Assembly: GCA_010909165.1 (NCBI GenBank)
Contig: MU008155.1
Coordinates: 1,736,001 to 1,800,000 of the forward strand
From: Anthoceros angustus
Taxonomy: Eukaryota; Plantae; Anthocerotophyta
Reading direction: 5' to 3'
Length of the DNA stretch: 64,000 nt
Position numbers and translations under genes: made by a program. The notes under the pieces were generated by a model that did no database searches, was not told the origin of the DNA, and saw only the letters and a program-made list of their open reading frames with translations. Below, piece after piece: positions 15,301 to 27,079 of the stretch. The number at the start of each line of letters is the position of its first letter. Position 1 is the first letter of the stretch.

Positions 15301-18300
15301 GTTTGGCGTACTCGGGCCTATCCTCACCCCTCGCCGTTGCTCCAGTGGGATACTTGGAGCAGCGGTCGGGTTGACACGAACACGCCACTTGTTCCATCTG
15401 CGACAATGCGTGGTTTCCCTCATCTCCGGCCGTATGTCGAATAATTCCGCCACGCCACCGACCGTTTCATGAAATGAACGCTATGTGCCTTATTCACTTC
15501 GAACGCTTTGTTGCTTGGATGCCCCCATGCCTAAGGACATTCATGCCGCCTTGCTTCTTTCCACAAATCCACGATACAATGTTTCAAAATACGACCCCAC
15601 CATTATTCCTACGCCTTTCCACCCCACAACTCTACGGTGATAGGCCACGCCGGTGTGTGCACGCTTGAAGAGAAACACGAGACTCTTTGTAGCAAGCGCC
15701 CCTACACTGGAATTTCGGCTCCCATATACAAGTTGCTCGAGGATGACGTGAGCACCGCAAAGCCTCCTCTCGCAAAGAAGCTCACCTTGTCCACGACAAG
15801 ACATACGCACTGTTGTCAAGGAGAAAGCAACCGACATTGCGCTGCCGGCGACCCCCTCCGACCGGCAATTGTCATGCCCCGCCGATCACGCATGCCATCG
15901 CCAACATGCCCATGTAGTCCCCCGCCCGTCCACACATCTGCGAGGCAAATGCATGGCGGTCCATACACGATGCACCGTAGTGTCACATCCCCACTCCACC
16001 CAGCCCACCCATCGCCTTTGCAGTCTCCGCATGCTCCTTTTCGTCATGCATGGCACCGCAGCCCAGGTGCATCGTGTCCACCGTCGCATGGTACACGTGG
16101 CCGCCGCGATCGAACCCACCCACGTACACCGTCGACCATCGTCACCAAGCACAAGATGACTTCTGCATCCGCCTCACCCCACCACCATTGCACTCTTCCT
16201 CAACGCGGCCAACTCCATCGCCTTCCGCATCCCCTTCTCCTTCCGTGTTGGACCCGCCCCAACCCACCAATCCGCCGTAGCCGGAGGCTCCTTGTTCTTC
16301 GCAGGCCTCCGCAATTCAAATGTGTCCATGTGCTGAAATAGATACCCTCGGTGCATGTGCTGCAACCCCTGCTCGTCCACAATCTGCATTGCCCACCTCT
16401 CATCTGGAGCATCCTCCACTTCTGGCATGGTTCCATCCCGTGCACGCACCAAAACCACCCACGAGTCCAAGCCCGCAGCCCTTGTCTCCTCCACCGTCAA
16501 GACATGCGCCACCATGTCCTCCCCATCCGCTATGACGTGCTCGAATGTCGCCCCGGCAAGCGCTCGCGAACACCGGCATGGACGGTGATGATGTCGACGC
16601 CCCTCACTTCGCCATGCGAACGCGCTACCGCCGCCATCGCCGCCCACGCCCGTGTCCTCGCTCGCCCAACGGATCCGCCGCTACCGCCGTGGCCCCATCC
16701 CGCAAAACAACCGCGCATCGAGCCACCGCCGCCTTTTCGCTCCATGCTCAATGACGCTCCATTCTCCTTAGCCTTTGCCCGACCCCCAACCCCAACCTCA
16801 CCGCTCACGCCCGCTCACAGTCTTGCAGCCCATCGACCGACCGCGATTGAAGTTCTAATGTCCCTTCACCCACGTGGTTTCGCCGATTGTCGCGCCTCGG
16901 CCGTCAAACGGTGGTCTTGCTCGCCCGATGACCCGCCATGGCTCCACGATTTCCACAACTCGACTGTCCCAGGAGAATGGAGTGTCCTCCAACGCGCGCG
17001 CATGGACTCTTCCCTTCCGCTTGAAATTGAATAAGGGCATCGCGATTTTTGGAGGCACCGCAGAGGCGCGATGTCATTGCTCCTCCGCCACACTTTAAGA
17101 TTCTCGCACGCCGCCGCCACGTTGTCCTTCTCGACCGCAGCGGGTGCATTAATTCGCCTCCTTTTGTGCACAAGCACCTCCTTCGCCCCACATACTCACA
17201 AGCACCGCAGCCCAATGAACACGCAACTTGCACCATCAATAATTACCAATGGGATGGCATTTCGAAACATGTAGTCCACAATCCCAATCGAACATCACAC
17301 ATCACACAACGACTTGGCCACCTCTCTACAACGGCTCGCAATCTACGCTAGGCCATGCCATAAACCGTGTTGTGAGAAATGGCGGTCGGCACCCTCGCAC
17401 ATAGTGTCCTCGAGTCATACAATGGAAGGAGCAATGTCCCGCTGCACGCCATGGCTGTGGGAGCCCTCCGTCATCAATGGTACTTCAAACACCACAATTG
17501 GCGCTCACCAAAGAACACGCGTCCGTGAATGAAGGTGTAGCTCGCCGTCTGCAAAGACAACCACGACTGCCGCGTAACATGGTCTTCACTGGGGTGCATG
17601 CCTCAAAGGTCGTCCTGCTCGTGAAGTTATCGCTGTACATCCTTGAGCACCGGAGAAAAGAAACCGACCACCTCCAAAGATAACGTGGTTCACAATGGGC
17701 ATCACCGCCCGAAAGGCCCAAGCTGCACCACAAGTCCGAACCCGTCCCCACAAGCCCCCAACATGCAAGCACTTTTAAACAAGACCTCCTGCTAGCCTCT
17801 CGACCATGCTCACCTCCATGCCCGCGGTCCCGACGAAGGCAAAATGTCGAAAAACTCCGGATCCCCACCGTGATGAGGGCAACGGCCTCCTTGATGGCCG
17901 ATGCAGCCGGTCCGCACTTGCCCATGAGGCCTTCTTCAAGATAGACAACACACCCATCACCTCCGGTAGCACGCCATGTCCGCCTTGAAGGCCTTCCTCA
18001 AGAACGATGAGCCCGGCGCATCTTGCCACACCTTCTGCACGCCGTCCATCTGGCTGCCAAGGGCGTGTGCAATTGTGGCCACTGTCATGGGGCATGACAC
18101 TTGCCCCCTTTTGGTTTTGTCCCCTTGTAATCTTCGCCTGTGGCAAATTCTTTGAATGCATCCTCCAAAAACCTGTTTGGCCCATGGGGATTGATTTTTT
18201 CCCACGATGCGTCGGAAATTTTCCTTATGTTTTTTCCCGGTCTGTATGCTTGGCCTATGTGTATGCTTGGCCAATGGAATTGTCTCTACATGCATCATCG

Positions 18301-18700
18301 AAAAGGGTCCTTCGCCTATGGTACAAGACATTGTTCATGACCGGTCTTTGAAACTAGTTATATACATATTTGGCTATATATGTAGGAATAACGTGGAAAA
18401 CAAACATGGTGCTTGGCGGTTGGTATATTTATTTTCCCTCCGCATCGTGGGCGTAAATCATTGGCCACATGGCGGATGACGTTTTGGATGATGCATGCCA
18501 TTACGTTGTCCTCGCATGACCGCACTTCCGCTCGTCAAGGTTGTGGAGTCCGAGGCACAAACGCCAAGGAACGGGCAGCCGGCAACTCGTCCCGCCGCGA
18601 TCCACAACGGCAGTGAACGCTGGGAAGCCCAACTTGCCGTGATGGCGGAACGAATCGGCCATACCTGGGGAAAGAGCAGTAGAAGCGAGAAGAATGGCGA
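12400..18700 (+). pseudogene. Decayed transposase-like region with cysteine clusters
   Basis: TCTSC/TCTFC motifs at 13508, 13921, 14038; ASCHTFC/AVHLAAKGVCNCGHCHG at 18018-18091 (one frameshift); no long intact ORF. Confidence 0.3.
15031..15430. repeat. Diverged direct duplication with period of about 250 bp
   Basis: GGCCTATCCTCACC at about 15061 and 15315; CACTTGTTCCATCT..GACAATGCGTGGTTT at about 15140 and 15386. Confidence 0.75.
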
Positions 18701-19989
18701 GGGGGCGCATAATGGAAGCGCGGACGACCGTGCATAGAACGGGTTAGGCCGCGCTGCCATCCCGGGTGTTGTAAGGGCGATTGGTGGAGGTGATTATGCG
18801 GCAAAGGGACACCTCCCGCCTCCTCTACACGGTGTAGGTGAACTGCTGGATGACGAACACCGGGGTGTGAAGGATGGGAGGGGAGCCGAGGTCTGTGGTG
18901 CGCTGTTCCGGCTGATGGCACCGACGACAATGGGCAACCGCTTTTCCGCGACATCCTTGGAATGGAGGCGGAGGAGTTTGCTGCTGGTGGCTAGTGGAAA
19001 CGCCGAGGAGGTGGTGAAGGTCAAGGAGGACTTACAGTGCAATTTTAACGATCACAACACACGGTAGCCAGCAGAAGGGATTGGTTGTCGCAGTGCTGTG
19101 CCCGTGGCCGCCGAGGAGGTGAAGTCGGGACAAAGGGAAAGGAATCGGGGAGGACGAGCGCCGCCCAAGTGGGATGGCTGCTAGGAAGGAAGGCGGAGGA
19201 GGAGGCGGGAGTGGCATGGATGATGGGAGGACCGTGCCTTCTGTCCGAAAGGTGCGACGCGGAAGGGTCTAGCAGACCATTTTGTTTGCTGCTATTTTTG
19301 CTTGCTATGCGATCACAGCTATGACCTTGGCTGCATTAGTGGCAATGGTAGTAACACCGCGGCGGTGCAGCTTTTGTTTGTGTGGACCGAGACGGTGACC
19401 CGGCCAAGCGCCATTATATGCAATTGGTAGAAACCCCGTAAAATGATTCTAATAGTGATGTGTTAGGCGGTCCAAGATACGCCCAATCGCGAGTGTCATG
19501 TGAAGAGGAAAGGGCTAAGTTATGACACGAACACAAGGAGGGCCAAAAGGGTTGACAAATCGCTAGTGCACCTAAATGTCGGTTGCTATGCGGTTAGTCA
19601 GAACCGGGGTGGATACACCGAGTTCATGACAGTGCAGTGGCGCACGCTGACGAGAACCGCAGATGCCAATTGCAGCCTTGCATGCAGAGAAAATTCGTGT
19701 TAAGGGGCGGCCTCGATGCAGCCGCCCATGCGTATATTATGGCAACCGGAGGACGCCGCCACGCTGAGATAGAGGGCAGCCATCCGCAAGGCCGGGCGAA
19801 TTGGAAACAACGACTGCAAAAAGGCGCGGCGGGCGGGGAGTAAAGTCGAGGTCGATCAAGGAGGCAGGAGGATGGAGAAGGAGACAAGCGCGCCGTGGCG
19901 GAAGCGGCGGAGGGAGCCATGGACGGCATGGTGCCCGGTACTGCCGCGGCGGGGGCACAGCCACTCTTCCTTGGCGGAGGCGGCAGCGG

Positions 19990-21240
19990 CAAGGCGCAGA
20001 GAAGGGGAAGCGAGGGGAGAGCCCTCCCCTTGGCCATGGCGACGGCAATGAGAGGGGCGGCGGCAGCAGGGCCAGAAGTGGGGAGGGCATCGTGCCTCCC
20101 CATGGAGAAGGAGGCGGGGCGGGGACGGCAGAGGCGGCCCCCGGCGATGGTGGCGGCATGGCAGCCGGCGGGCCCAGCAATGGCGCAGCGGGGAGGGCCC
20201 GCCTCCCCATGTCCATGGAGACGGAGGCGGGGAGGGGCGAGTCGCCCCGCCTCTGAGGAAAGGGGCCGCTGGCCTCCCCATGATGGAGGCCGCAGCGAGC
20301 GGGTGCCCGGGCGCAGCGGGGAGGGCACGCTGCCTCCCATGGAGAAGGAGCCTGGGCTGGGCAGAGGCGCCCCCGGCGATGGAGGCGGCCATGGGGCCCA
20401 GCAGAAGTGGGAGGCGGGGCCTCCCCATGGCCATGGAGACGGGAGGCGGGGCGAGCGCCGCCCGCCTCGGCGAAAGGGGCCGGGCCTCCCCGGCGCGATG
20501 GAGGCCGCCGCAGCTGGGTGCCTGTGCAGTGGGCGCAGCGTGGGGAGGGCACGCACGCCTCCCCATGGAGAAGGAGTGGGGCGGGCAGTGAGGCGCCCCA
20601 ACGATGGAGGCGGCAATGCAAAGTGGGGAGAGACCGTGCCTCCCCATGGCGATGGAGGCGGGTGGTGGAGGGCAAGGCGCCCGCCCAAGGAACGGGGCAG
20701 GCCTCTCGGGATGGAGGCAGCAGGGCGACGCGGGCAGCAGCTGGAGCAGCGGGGAGGGAGACTGCCTCCCCATGGAGAAGGGGCGGGGCGGGGGCAGAGG
20801 CGCCTCGGAGATGGAGGCGCAGCGGCAGTGCGGGCCTCAGTGCGCTGGCGCAGCGGGGAGGGCATCGGCCTCCCCATGTCCATGGCGACGGAGGCGGAGG
20901 CGAGTCGCCCCGCCTCGAGGAAAGGGGCCGTGGCCTCCCGGCGATGGAGGCCGCAGCTGCCAGCCGGCAATGGGCGGCGGGGAGGGCACGCCTCCCCATG
21001 GAGAAGGAGTCGGGGCAGTGAGGCGCCTCGGCGATGGAGGCAGGCAGGGGGCCCAGCGGCCTGCAGTGGGAGGGAGGGGCCGCCTCCCATGGCCATGGAG
21101 GCGGGGCGTGGAGGGGCGAGCCGCCTCAAGGAAAGGGGCTGCTGTGGCCTCCCCTGGGCGATGGAGGCGGCGGTGGCGGGGAACCTGTGCAATGGGCAGC
21201 GGGGAGGGGCGCCCCGCCTCCCCATGGTGATGGACGTGGG
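19990..21240. repeat. Very GC-rich degenerate tandem array, unit about 225 bp built from shorter subunits
   Basis: CCTCCC(C)ATGGAGAAG anchors at 20095, 20333, 20558, 20765, 20991 (variant at about 21217); spacings 238/225/207/226/226; GATGGAGGC and CCTCCCC motifs recur several times per unit. Confidence 0.8.
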
Positions 21241-21859
21241 GTGGGAGAGGAGCCGGTGGAGGAGACGTGGAGGGCAGTTGCTCCCCACCCGATGGCGGGG
21301 GGCGAGCCGCCATCCGCGTAGGGAGAGGGAGCGGAGCATTGCGCATTGAGGAGGAAGGCAACCCCGCTTTGGGGACGACGGTCGCTGAGGACGGGCGGAG
21401 GGGCGATACGCCGAGGCCGAGGCCGAGGGGAGGAGGGGATGGAGGCCGCCTCACGCGCCGGGCCCGAGCCGGAGGCCGAGCCTGCGGCGGCATGGCGAAG
21501 AACATTAGCTGGCCGCCATGCCCGACTCGGTGGTCGCCATGGTGGCGGAGGGCGATGATCGCCGCCGCCGAGACCGAGGCCGACGGAGGCCCGCGATGGC
21601 GGGATCGAGGGCGGGATGCGGAAGGCGGAGGGGCGACGCTGGCCGGGGAGCGGACGGCGAGCTGGCGCGCCGGCGCGATCTCTCAGGGAGTGGACCGAGC
21701 GCGCCATCCGCTGAGGAAGGCCGTATGGGAGGAATAACGCCCATCGGGCGCCATCTCGACGTGGAACGGAAGCAGCAGATTAGGCGGAGGCTGGGGCGCC
21801 TGCATGGAGGGAGGAGCGGAGGCGGCACGAGCTCACGGGTGGAGGACAAAGATCCGGCA

Positions 21860-21890
21860 GAGGAGGAGGAGGAGGAGGAGGAGGAGGAGG
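21860..21890. repeat. (GAG)n microsatellite
   Basis: About ten perfect GAG units. Confidence 0.9.
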
Positions 21891-22989
21891 TGGGAGCAAC
21901 CTGTGACGGTGGCGAGCGGAGGCCATGTCGGAAGAAGATGGAGAGCGGAGTGCGCCCAACCCTCCGGAGGAGCGAGCACAAGGGGGAGGAAGCGCGATTA
22001 CGAGCCTCGGACACGGTCCGGCGGAAGCGCTGGGCGCGGTGCCTCCGACGCCCAATGCCCGGACGCTGCCCGCCGGAGGCGCGACGCGGCCAGGATGTGA
22101 GAGAGCGGCGAACGCTGGAATGCTCGACGCCGCCGAGGCCATGGAGGGCACAATTAAGGTTCTCCGCAGATGATGAAGGATGGAGGACGAGGGAAGTAGG
22201 CGGCGTCATCCATTGTGCTCGAGTTGCATCACTAGGTTTTTGCATAGGGGTCGGCGCCTTAGGAAGGCCGCGGTAGGAGATAGGGTTGGATGCTAGCCGT
22301 GCTGGCGATGTGAGCGTGGACATCCTTTTGATCAATGCAATGGCTCTCACCGTGAAATTTGGCTCTTTGCACGCAAAGCATGAACATTCTTGGCAGGAGG
22401 TTGTTGGGCACAGGCGGAGGTGGTGGGTCGCCATCCCCTCTTCCGCTTCGCCGCATCGCTTCTTCTTGTTTGAAAGAGGATCGTGGCTCTCATTGTTTCC
22501 AAGATCGTGGGTTCTTTAAGGAATACACGGTCCCAAAGTCCATAGTCAAGACGAGGAACGGGTCAGGCATGGTTCGAAACCATGGCTGCCCGCCATTGCT
22601 CGCGATACCCATGCCGGTAGGGTTGACAATCAATGGAGCGCCACGCACAGCCGCCAGGGTTTGGTGGCCATTGGATTCCTCAAGAAAACTTAATGGCAAA
22701 AGTGGAAACATTCGAAAACATAGTGTCCCGTCTCTTTGTTTTCAAAGGTGAAAGCCTGAAAATTTTTCAAGGAAACCCGCTTCGAGGACATTGTGTGTGT
22801 CCCTTTGGTGCTTGGCCGCTCTTGGTTAGGGCGCCAAAGCGGCCATGTGGCCATGTGCTGTGAAAAAGAAACCGTACTGGAATGTAGGGTATATTCCTCA
22901 AGATCCCCACGCCTTGCATGGGTTTCGCGAAAAAAAAAATGTCCCATCCCCTCTGTCCCCTTTGGTATGCCATAGTGTAGACCTCCTCT

Positions 22990-23115
22990 AAACAGGCCCT
23001 AATTTTCCACACATAGGTACCCTAATTTTCCAAATAACCTCTAGCTTTTCAAACAGGCCCTAGTTTCAAACAAGCCTTAATTAGTTTCTAAAAAGCCCTA
23101 GCTTTTCAAACCAAG
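22990..23115. repeat. Short degenerate repeats (AAACAGGCCCTA(A/G)TTTTC-like)
   Basis: Several imperfect copies immediately right of the TIR element. Confidence 0.5.
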
Positions 23116-24904
23116 GTCAACCTAATTGTAATGTGTCTTTCTTGTTTGGGAAAGTGGCTACTTGCAAGCACCCAAACATGGCAACAAATAAACAATCTCG
23201 TCTAACAACCATGTTTCCAAGATTGAGAGAGAGGAGAGGATGTTGAAATTTGCGCGAGATGTGCACTTGCTTTACAAGTGTAGCTCGGACTTCCACATGA
23301 AAAGTTTCTGGAATGACACCTATGAAGCGACCAATTGGAAGACTCTAAGACAACATGTGAAGCAGTTCTTCTACGGATGAAGAGGATCAAGCAAGAGGAT
23401 GAGGATGTCGTGAGCGATACGCACAAGCGAAGAGGTCCTTATACTGGTTTCAAGACCATTTATGGCCTCCTATAGAAGCAAGTGTTAGGAAGCATAGAAT
23501 TTTGGCATTGCATTACCTTAAGACTGCCCATGGAAAGCCGGGGATGGACAATCCATATTCAAGTTGCGTGGATCCTTATACACTTGGTTTGACTCGAAGA
23601 CATGGAGTTGAAACTGCGTACAAGCTTGATTAGTAAAAGTCTGCGACATCGGCCAACTATCAACATTGGACCTTTAGAAGATAGACCTAATTTGAGAAAG
23701 GAGCTTGGTGATTTCTTGAGAACCTTGAGGGATGAGGGAACCAATCAATGCCCCTCTTGTCCAACCCATCTTGAGGGGCATTAATTCAAGCTAGAGCACG
23801 AACTCATTGGAAGCGGAACTTTCGAGTTAGCATTGATTGGAACAAGGAAGTTCATGAAAAGGAACTCTCATGGTCCTACAGAGCATCTACTCTCTGCGAC
23901 TTCTAAGCTCCGGAGACTTGGGAAGATGAAGGAAGAATGATGGCATATAAGTAGCTTACCTCTAGAGCTTATGATATTCAGAACTTGTTGTCAATAGTGA
24001 TCAAACGAAATCCACTTGGTTCTACAAAGGAGAGAACATGGGAGGTTAAAGGACAAAAGACATTAAGGTGTTGATCGCACATACAATCGCATTCGCACCA
24101 CTGCAATTAACGTAAGAAACATGGTAATTTAGGATGCCGAAGGAAAACATGAGATTGATCATGACGGAATCTCAGATCTTGCTATATCAAGAATTGCTGC
24201 TCCCCAACACAATTACCAGTGCTACCATCGCACTACATTTCACAAATCTTGCATTGCTCTCAAACTGCAACAACAAAGTTCCACAATCAATCAAAACACC
24301 TCATGTCCTCTTTTCATGGAAAACTGGCTCATAAGTCCAAATAAGCACCACCTACTTCAAAAATTGTTGATCAACTTATAGTCAAGGACCCATTGCGATT
24401 CTCGATTGCCCTTCACCGAGCAACATTCTCCCTCTCATCGCCAGCTCGAGCTCTCTACGCATCACTCAAACTCCTGCTTTGCGGGCCAGGCGGGCGGATG
24501 CGACTTTGAGGTGTTACGTCCTTCTCATCTCCGGACTCCATCGGTGCAGCCAATAACAGCCTCGCTGTACTGTGATCTCTCGATATACCATTTCTTCTTT
24601 GGCAATTGAGGGCTTTCGACCTCATGAGGCCGCCTTAGCTACCTCTCTACGACTTTCGGCCTCTGTAGCCTCAGTTACTGCGGCGGCTGGCGGAGGCTGC
24701 ATTCTACAACCTCAGCGCCTCCAAAGCAGCCTCGCGAGGTTGCTCCCTTTTCTCTATTTTCGGCATTTTAGACTCCTAAATATTTATACATTCGGCATTT
24801 TAAGCATAATAGTTTTTAGATTTTCAAATTTTACTAATTCTTATTAATTAACGCAGAATCACCCCTCGGGGTCCAGTAGTACATTTAGGAAAAGAGGAAT
24901 GCAC

Positions 24905-25137
24905 CTATTCAAGTAATTTTTAAAATAAATCATAGTATATATTTAAGTCATCCCTAAAATAAATCATAGTATCTATTTAAGTAATCCCTAAAATACATCA
25001 TAGTATCTATTTAAGTAATCCCTAAAATAAATCATAGTATCTATTTAAGTAATCCCTAAAATACATCATAGTATCTATTTAAGTAATCCCTAAAATAAAT
25101 CATAGTATCTATTTAAGTAATCCCTAAAATAAATCAT
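24905..25137. repeat. 34-bp AT-rich tandem minisatellite, about 6.5 copies
   Basis: Unit ATCATAGTATCTATTTAAGTAATCCCTAAAATA(A/C) starting at 24929, 24963, 24997, 25031, 25065, 25099, partial at 25133. Confidence 0.92.
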
Positions 25138-25327
25138 TCTAAAAAAAAACGGATGACTGAGTGGTTTATAAGACCATTAGTAGGATGTTTGAACATTCCT
25201 ATAGAGTTCTAACGTATCGCTATTAATATTCTTGGGTGCAATAAAGAGTACATAAGACTATCAACTTATTGAATAATTAATAATATTCTTCCTATCCTAT
25301 ATAATATGTATCGTTTAGATAATTCAG

Positions 25328-26149
25328 ATATCTTAGGAACAACATTCTGGGGCACGTCTTCAGGTATTTAAACTCTATTCTTCATCTTTTCAACCTTTCG
25401 CACCCTCTAAATTTTATTCCTTATCTCTTCAACCTTTTCCATCTTTCCTCAAATCTTAATATGGCATATTTTCATGGAGTTAGCTTATTATTTTTAATGC
25501 AAAAGCAAAAGTTATGATTCATGATATGCACTTGTGACAGATTCCTTGAACAATGAAGGAAAGGAAAGGTTTCAACGTATAATAAGGGCCGAGGTAAGGA
25601 GAAAAGGAAAGATCATTAACGCAGTACACTTTTCCTCCCATATGTACACCATCAATCTACAAAAACAACTTCGTGGCTGGTAAGTTGTGATGAATGAATC
25701 TTGAGTTGTTAAGTACCAAGTCCCATGATAGGAAAATTCTATTTAAGTGGACTGTGATACACTTCTTCTTCTTCTTCTTCTTGTCCTTACAAAACATATA
25801 TCTGACAATATATGATTGAAGATGGAAATGTGACACCTCTTTTAATTCTTATGCATGCAGCCACTTTAAGACATGGGCTAAAATGATCTTGACGAAAATT
25901 GTGAAGTTCTCGCGAGAAAAATTCGAGGAAGCTTACAAAGTTTTGGTTGATATGGAATTAGAAGCGTATATCCAAAACCGAAGCAAAACAAACATGATAA
26001 CAAGACTTACTTTGCAAATTTATAGGGCTTGTGTATTCATAGATGGTGCTAGGAGCCGTAAAATATACATAGTCGTAATGGCTTCAGGATCCCCTTCCAA
26101 GTTGGAAAAGATTATAGAAGAGTCGAGAGAAGAGGATGTTGATCAATAA
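25328..26149 (+). CDS. Orphan spliced ORF fragment (three exons, about 150 aa), function unknown
   Basis: Exons 25328-25363, 25541-25679, 25861-26149 joined by GT-AG introns with compatible phases give ILGTTFWGTSSDSLNNEGKERFQRII...QLRGCHFKTWAKMILTK...EEDVDQ*; no start exon identified. Confidence 0.4.
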
Positions 26150-27079
26150 TCAGTTCTCTTGTTTTCTCATAAACCACCAAATGGTACACATAGTGTAGTC
26201 AACACATTCGAGTGTCTATGAATATATGTTGAGCATGGGCAAGTTCTTCTAACATCTTCTTTGTTTTGTTTGCATTCTATGAGCACTTGCTTGGAAGCTG
26301 AAGTGAGCTATAGTGCTTCTCGCTATCCCTGCCCCTTTGGAAAATTTTTCCTTTTTTTGGTCGTTTATCGAAGGTTACATTAGAATGCCCTACATGCAGG
26401 CTTAGCCTGTTTTTTGCTTCAAAGTCTGCTATGTTGGTGCTCGTGCGTTAAGATGTATTGCAAGATTCTATCTATAATGTGTATATTATTTTTGTCCAGA
26501 GGGATTGAGTCTTTGTTGCAGATGTGGTTGTAATATACCCTATTCATGACATTGTCACATGAGGTAAGCACTTGAATTCATGTAAGGACTTCCTTAACAA
26601 ACAATCAATTGTAAACAAAACAAATCTAATATGCAAGTAAGCAAACTAACAACCAAATGTAATGGGAAAGTATGGCTCGACATCGCGCACAAACACACTC
26701 CCATGCAGACACGCAAAATCATCATCGCTCTTCCGAGTCGTGGCTTTGGCCTCCTCACAACACTCTTTGGAATTGCATCTGCAGGATAAGCTATGATCCG
26801 AGCTTGTCGCATGTGAAGTCATATACTAAACTCGCATATATTCCTAAGATATCCATTTTGTATGCGGAAATATCCTAAGAATGTTCTTAGGATATTTCCA
26901 AAGATATTGTGTCCAGCTATAGATTTCTTTATCCACTTAGCTATTACTCACAATTCAATTATGATGATCAATTCTTAATTAACATAAGAGTTTAGCTTAA
27001 TTAACGTACATGTTTTAGATTAATTAATGCTAATCAAACACTAAACCCAAGTGCACAGATTAGTGTCACACGGCATGGC

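Larger units (their letters stand above)
10474..22974. mobile_element. 12.5-kb TIR DNA transposon, degenerate interior (candidate KDZ-type; CACTA alternative)
   Basis: Left end TATGGCATACCAAAGAGGACAGAGGGG (from 10474) is the near-perfect reverse complement of right end CCCCTCTGTCCCCTTTGGTATGCCATA (to 22974), about 54 bp imperfect TIR; identical hexamer GTGTAG at 10468-10473 and 22975-22980. Confidence 0.85.
10297..24878. mobile_element. Possible older inverted-repeat element hosting the TIR transposon
   Basis: TACTGTACCCCGAGGGGTGATT (10297-10318) versus AATCACCCCTCGGGGTCCAGTA (24857-24878): 21/22 inverted match; no TSD seen. Confidence 0.4.

Noticed and set aside
19624-22434. Long ORFs of 300-571 aa on both strands
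   Set aside because: They overlap in several frames within a very GC-rich tandem array where stops are rare; translations are low-complexity R/P/G/A with no domain motifs.
22568-22584. T-loop-like hairpin CATGGTT-CGA-AACCATG
   Set aside because: Isolated 7-bp stem without the rest of a cloverleaf.
10471-22977. Straightforward CACTA/EnSpm classification
   Set aside because: Needs loss or mutation of CAC at the left end; a symmetric reading with an exact 6-bp TSD needs no change. Tnp2 motifs (for example GD.PA near 15.63 kb) were only vague. Kept as the alternative hypothesis.
23200-24000. Gypsy integrase C-terminus or chromodomain remnant
   Set aside because: Only short look-alike words (DPY, AYKLD, ETWE) in frames full of stops; no coherent motif order.
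24905-25137. CRISPR-like array
   Set aside because: The 34-bp units are contiguous with no unique spacers, the context is eukaryotic and there are no cas genes.
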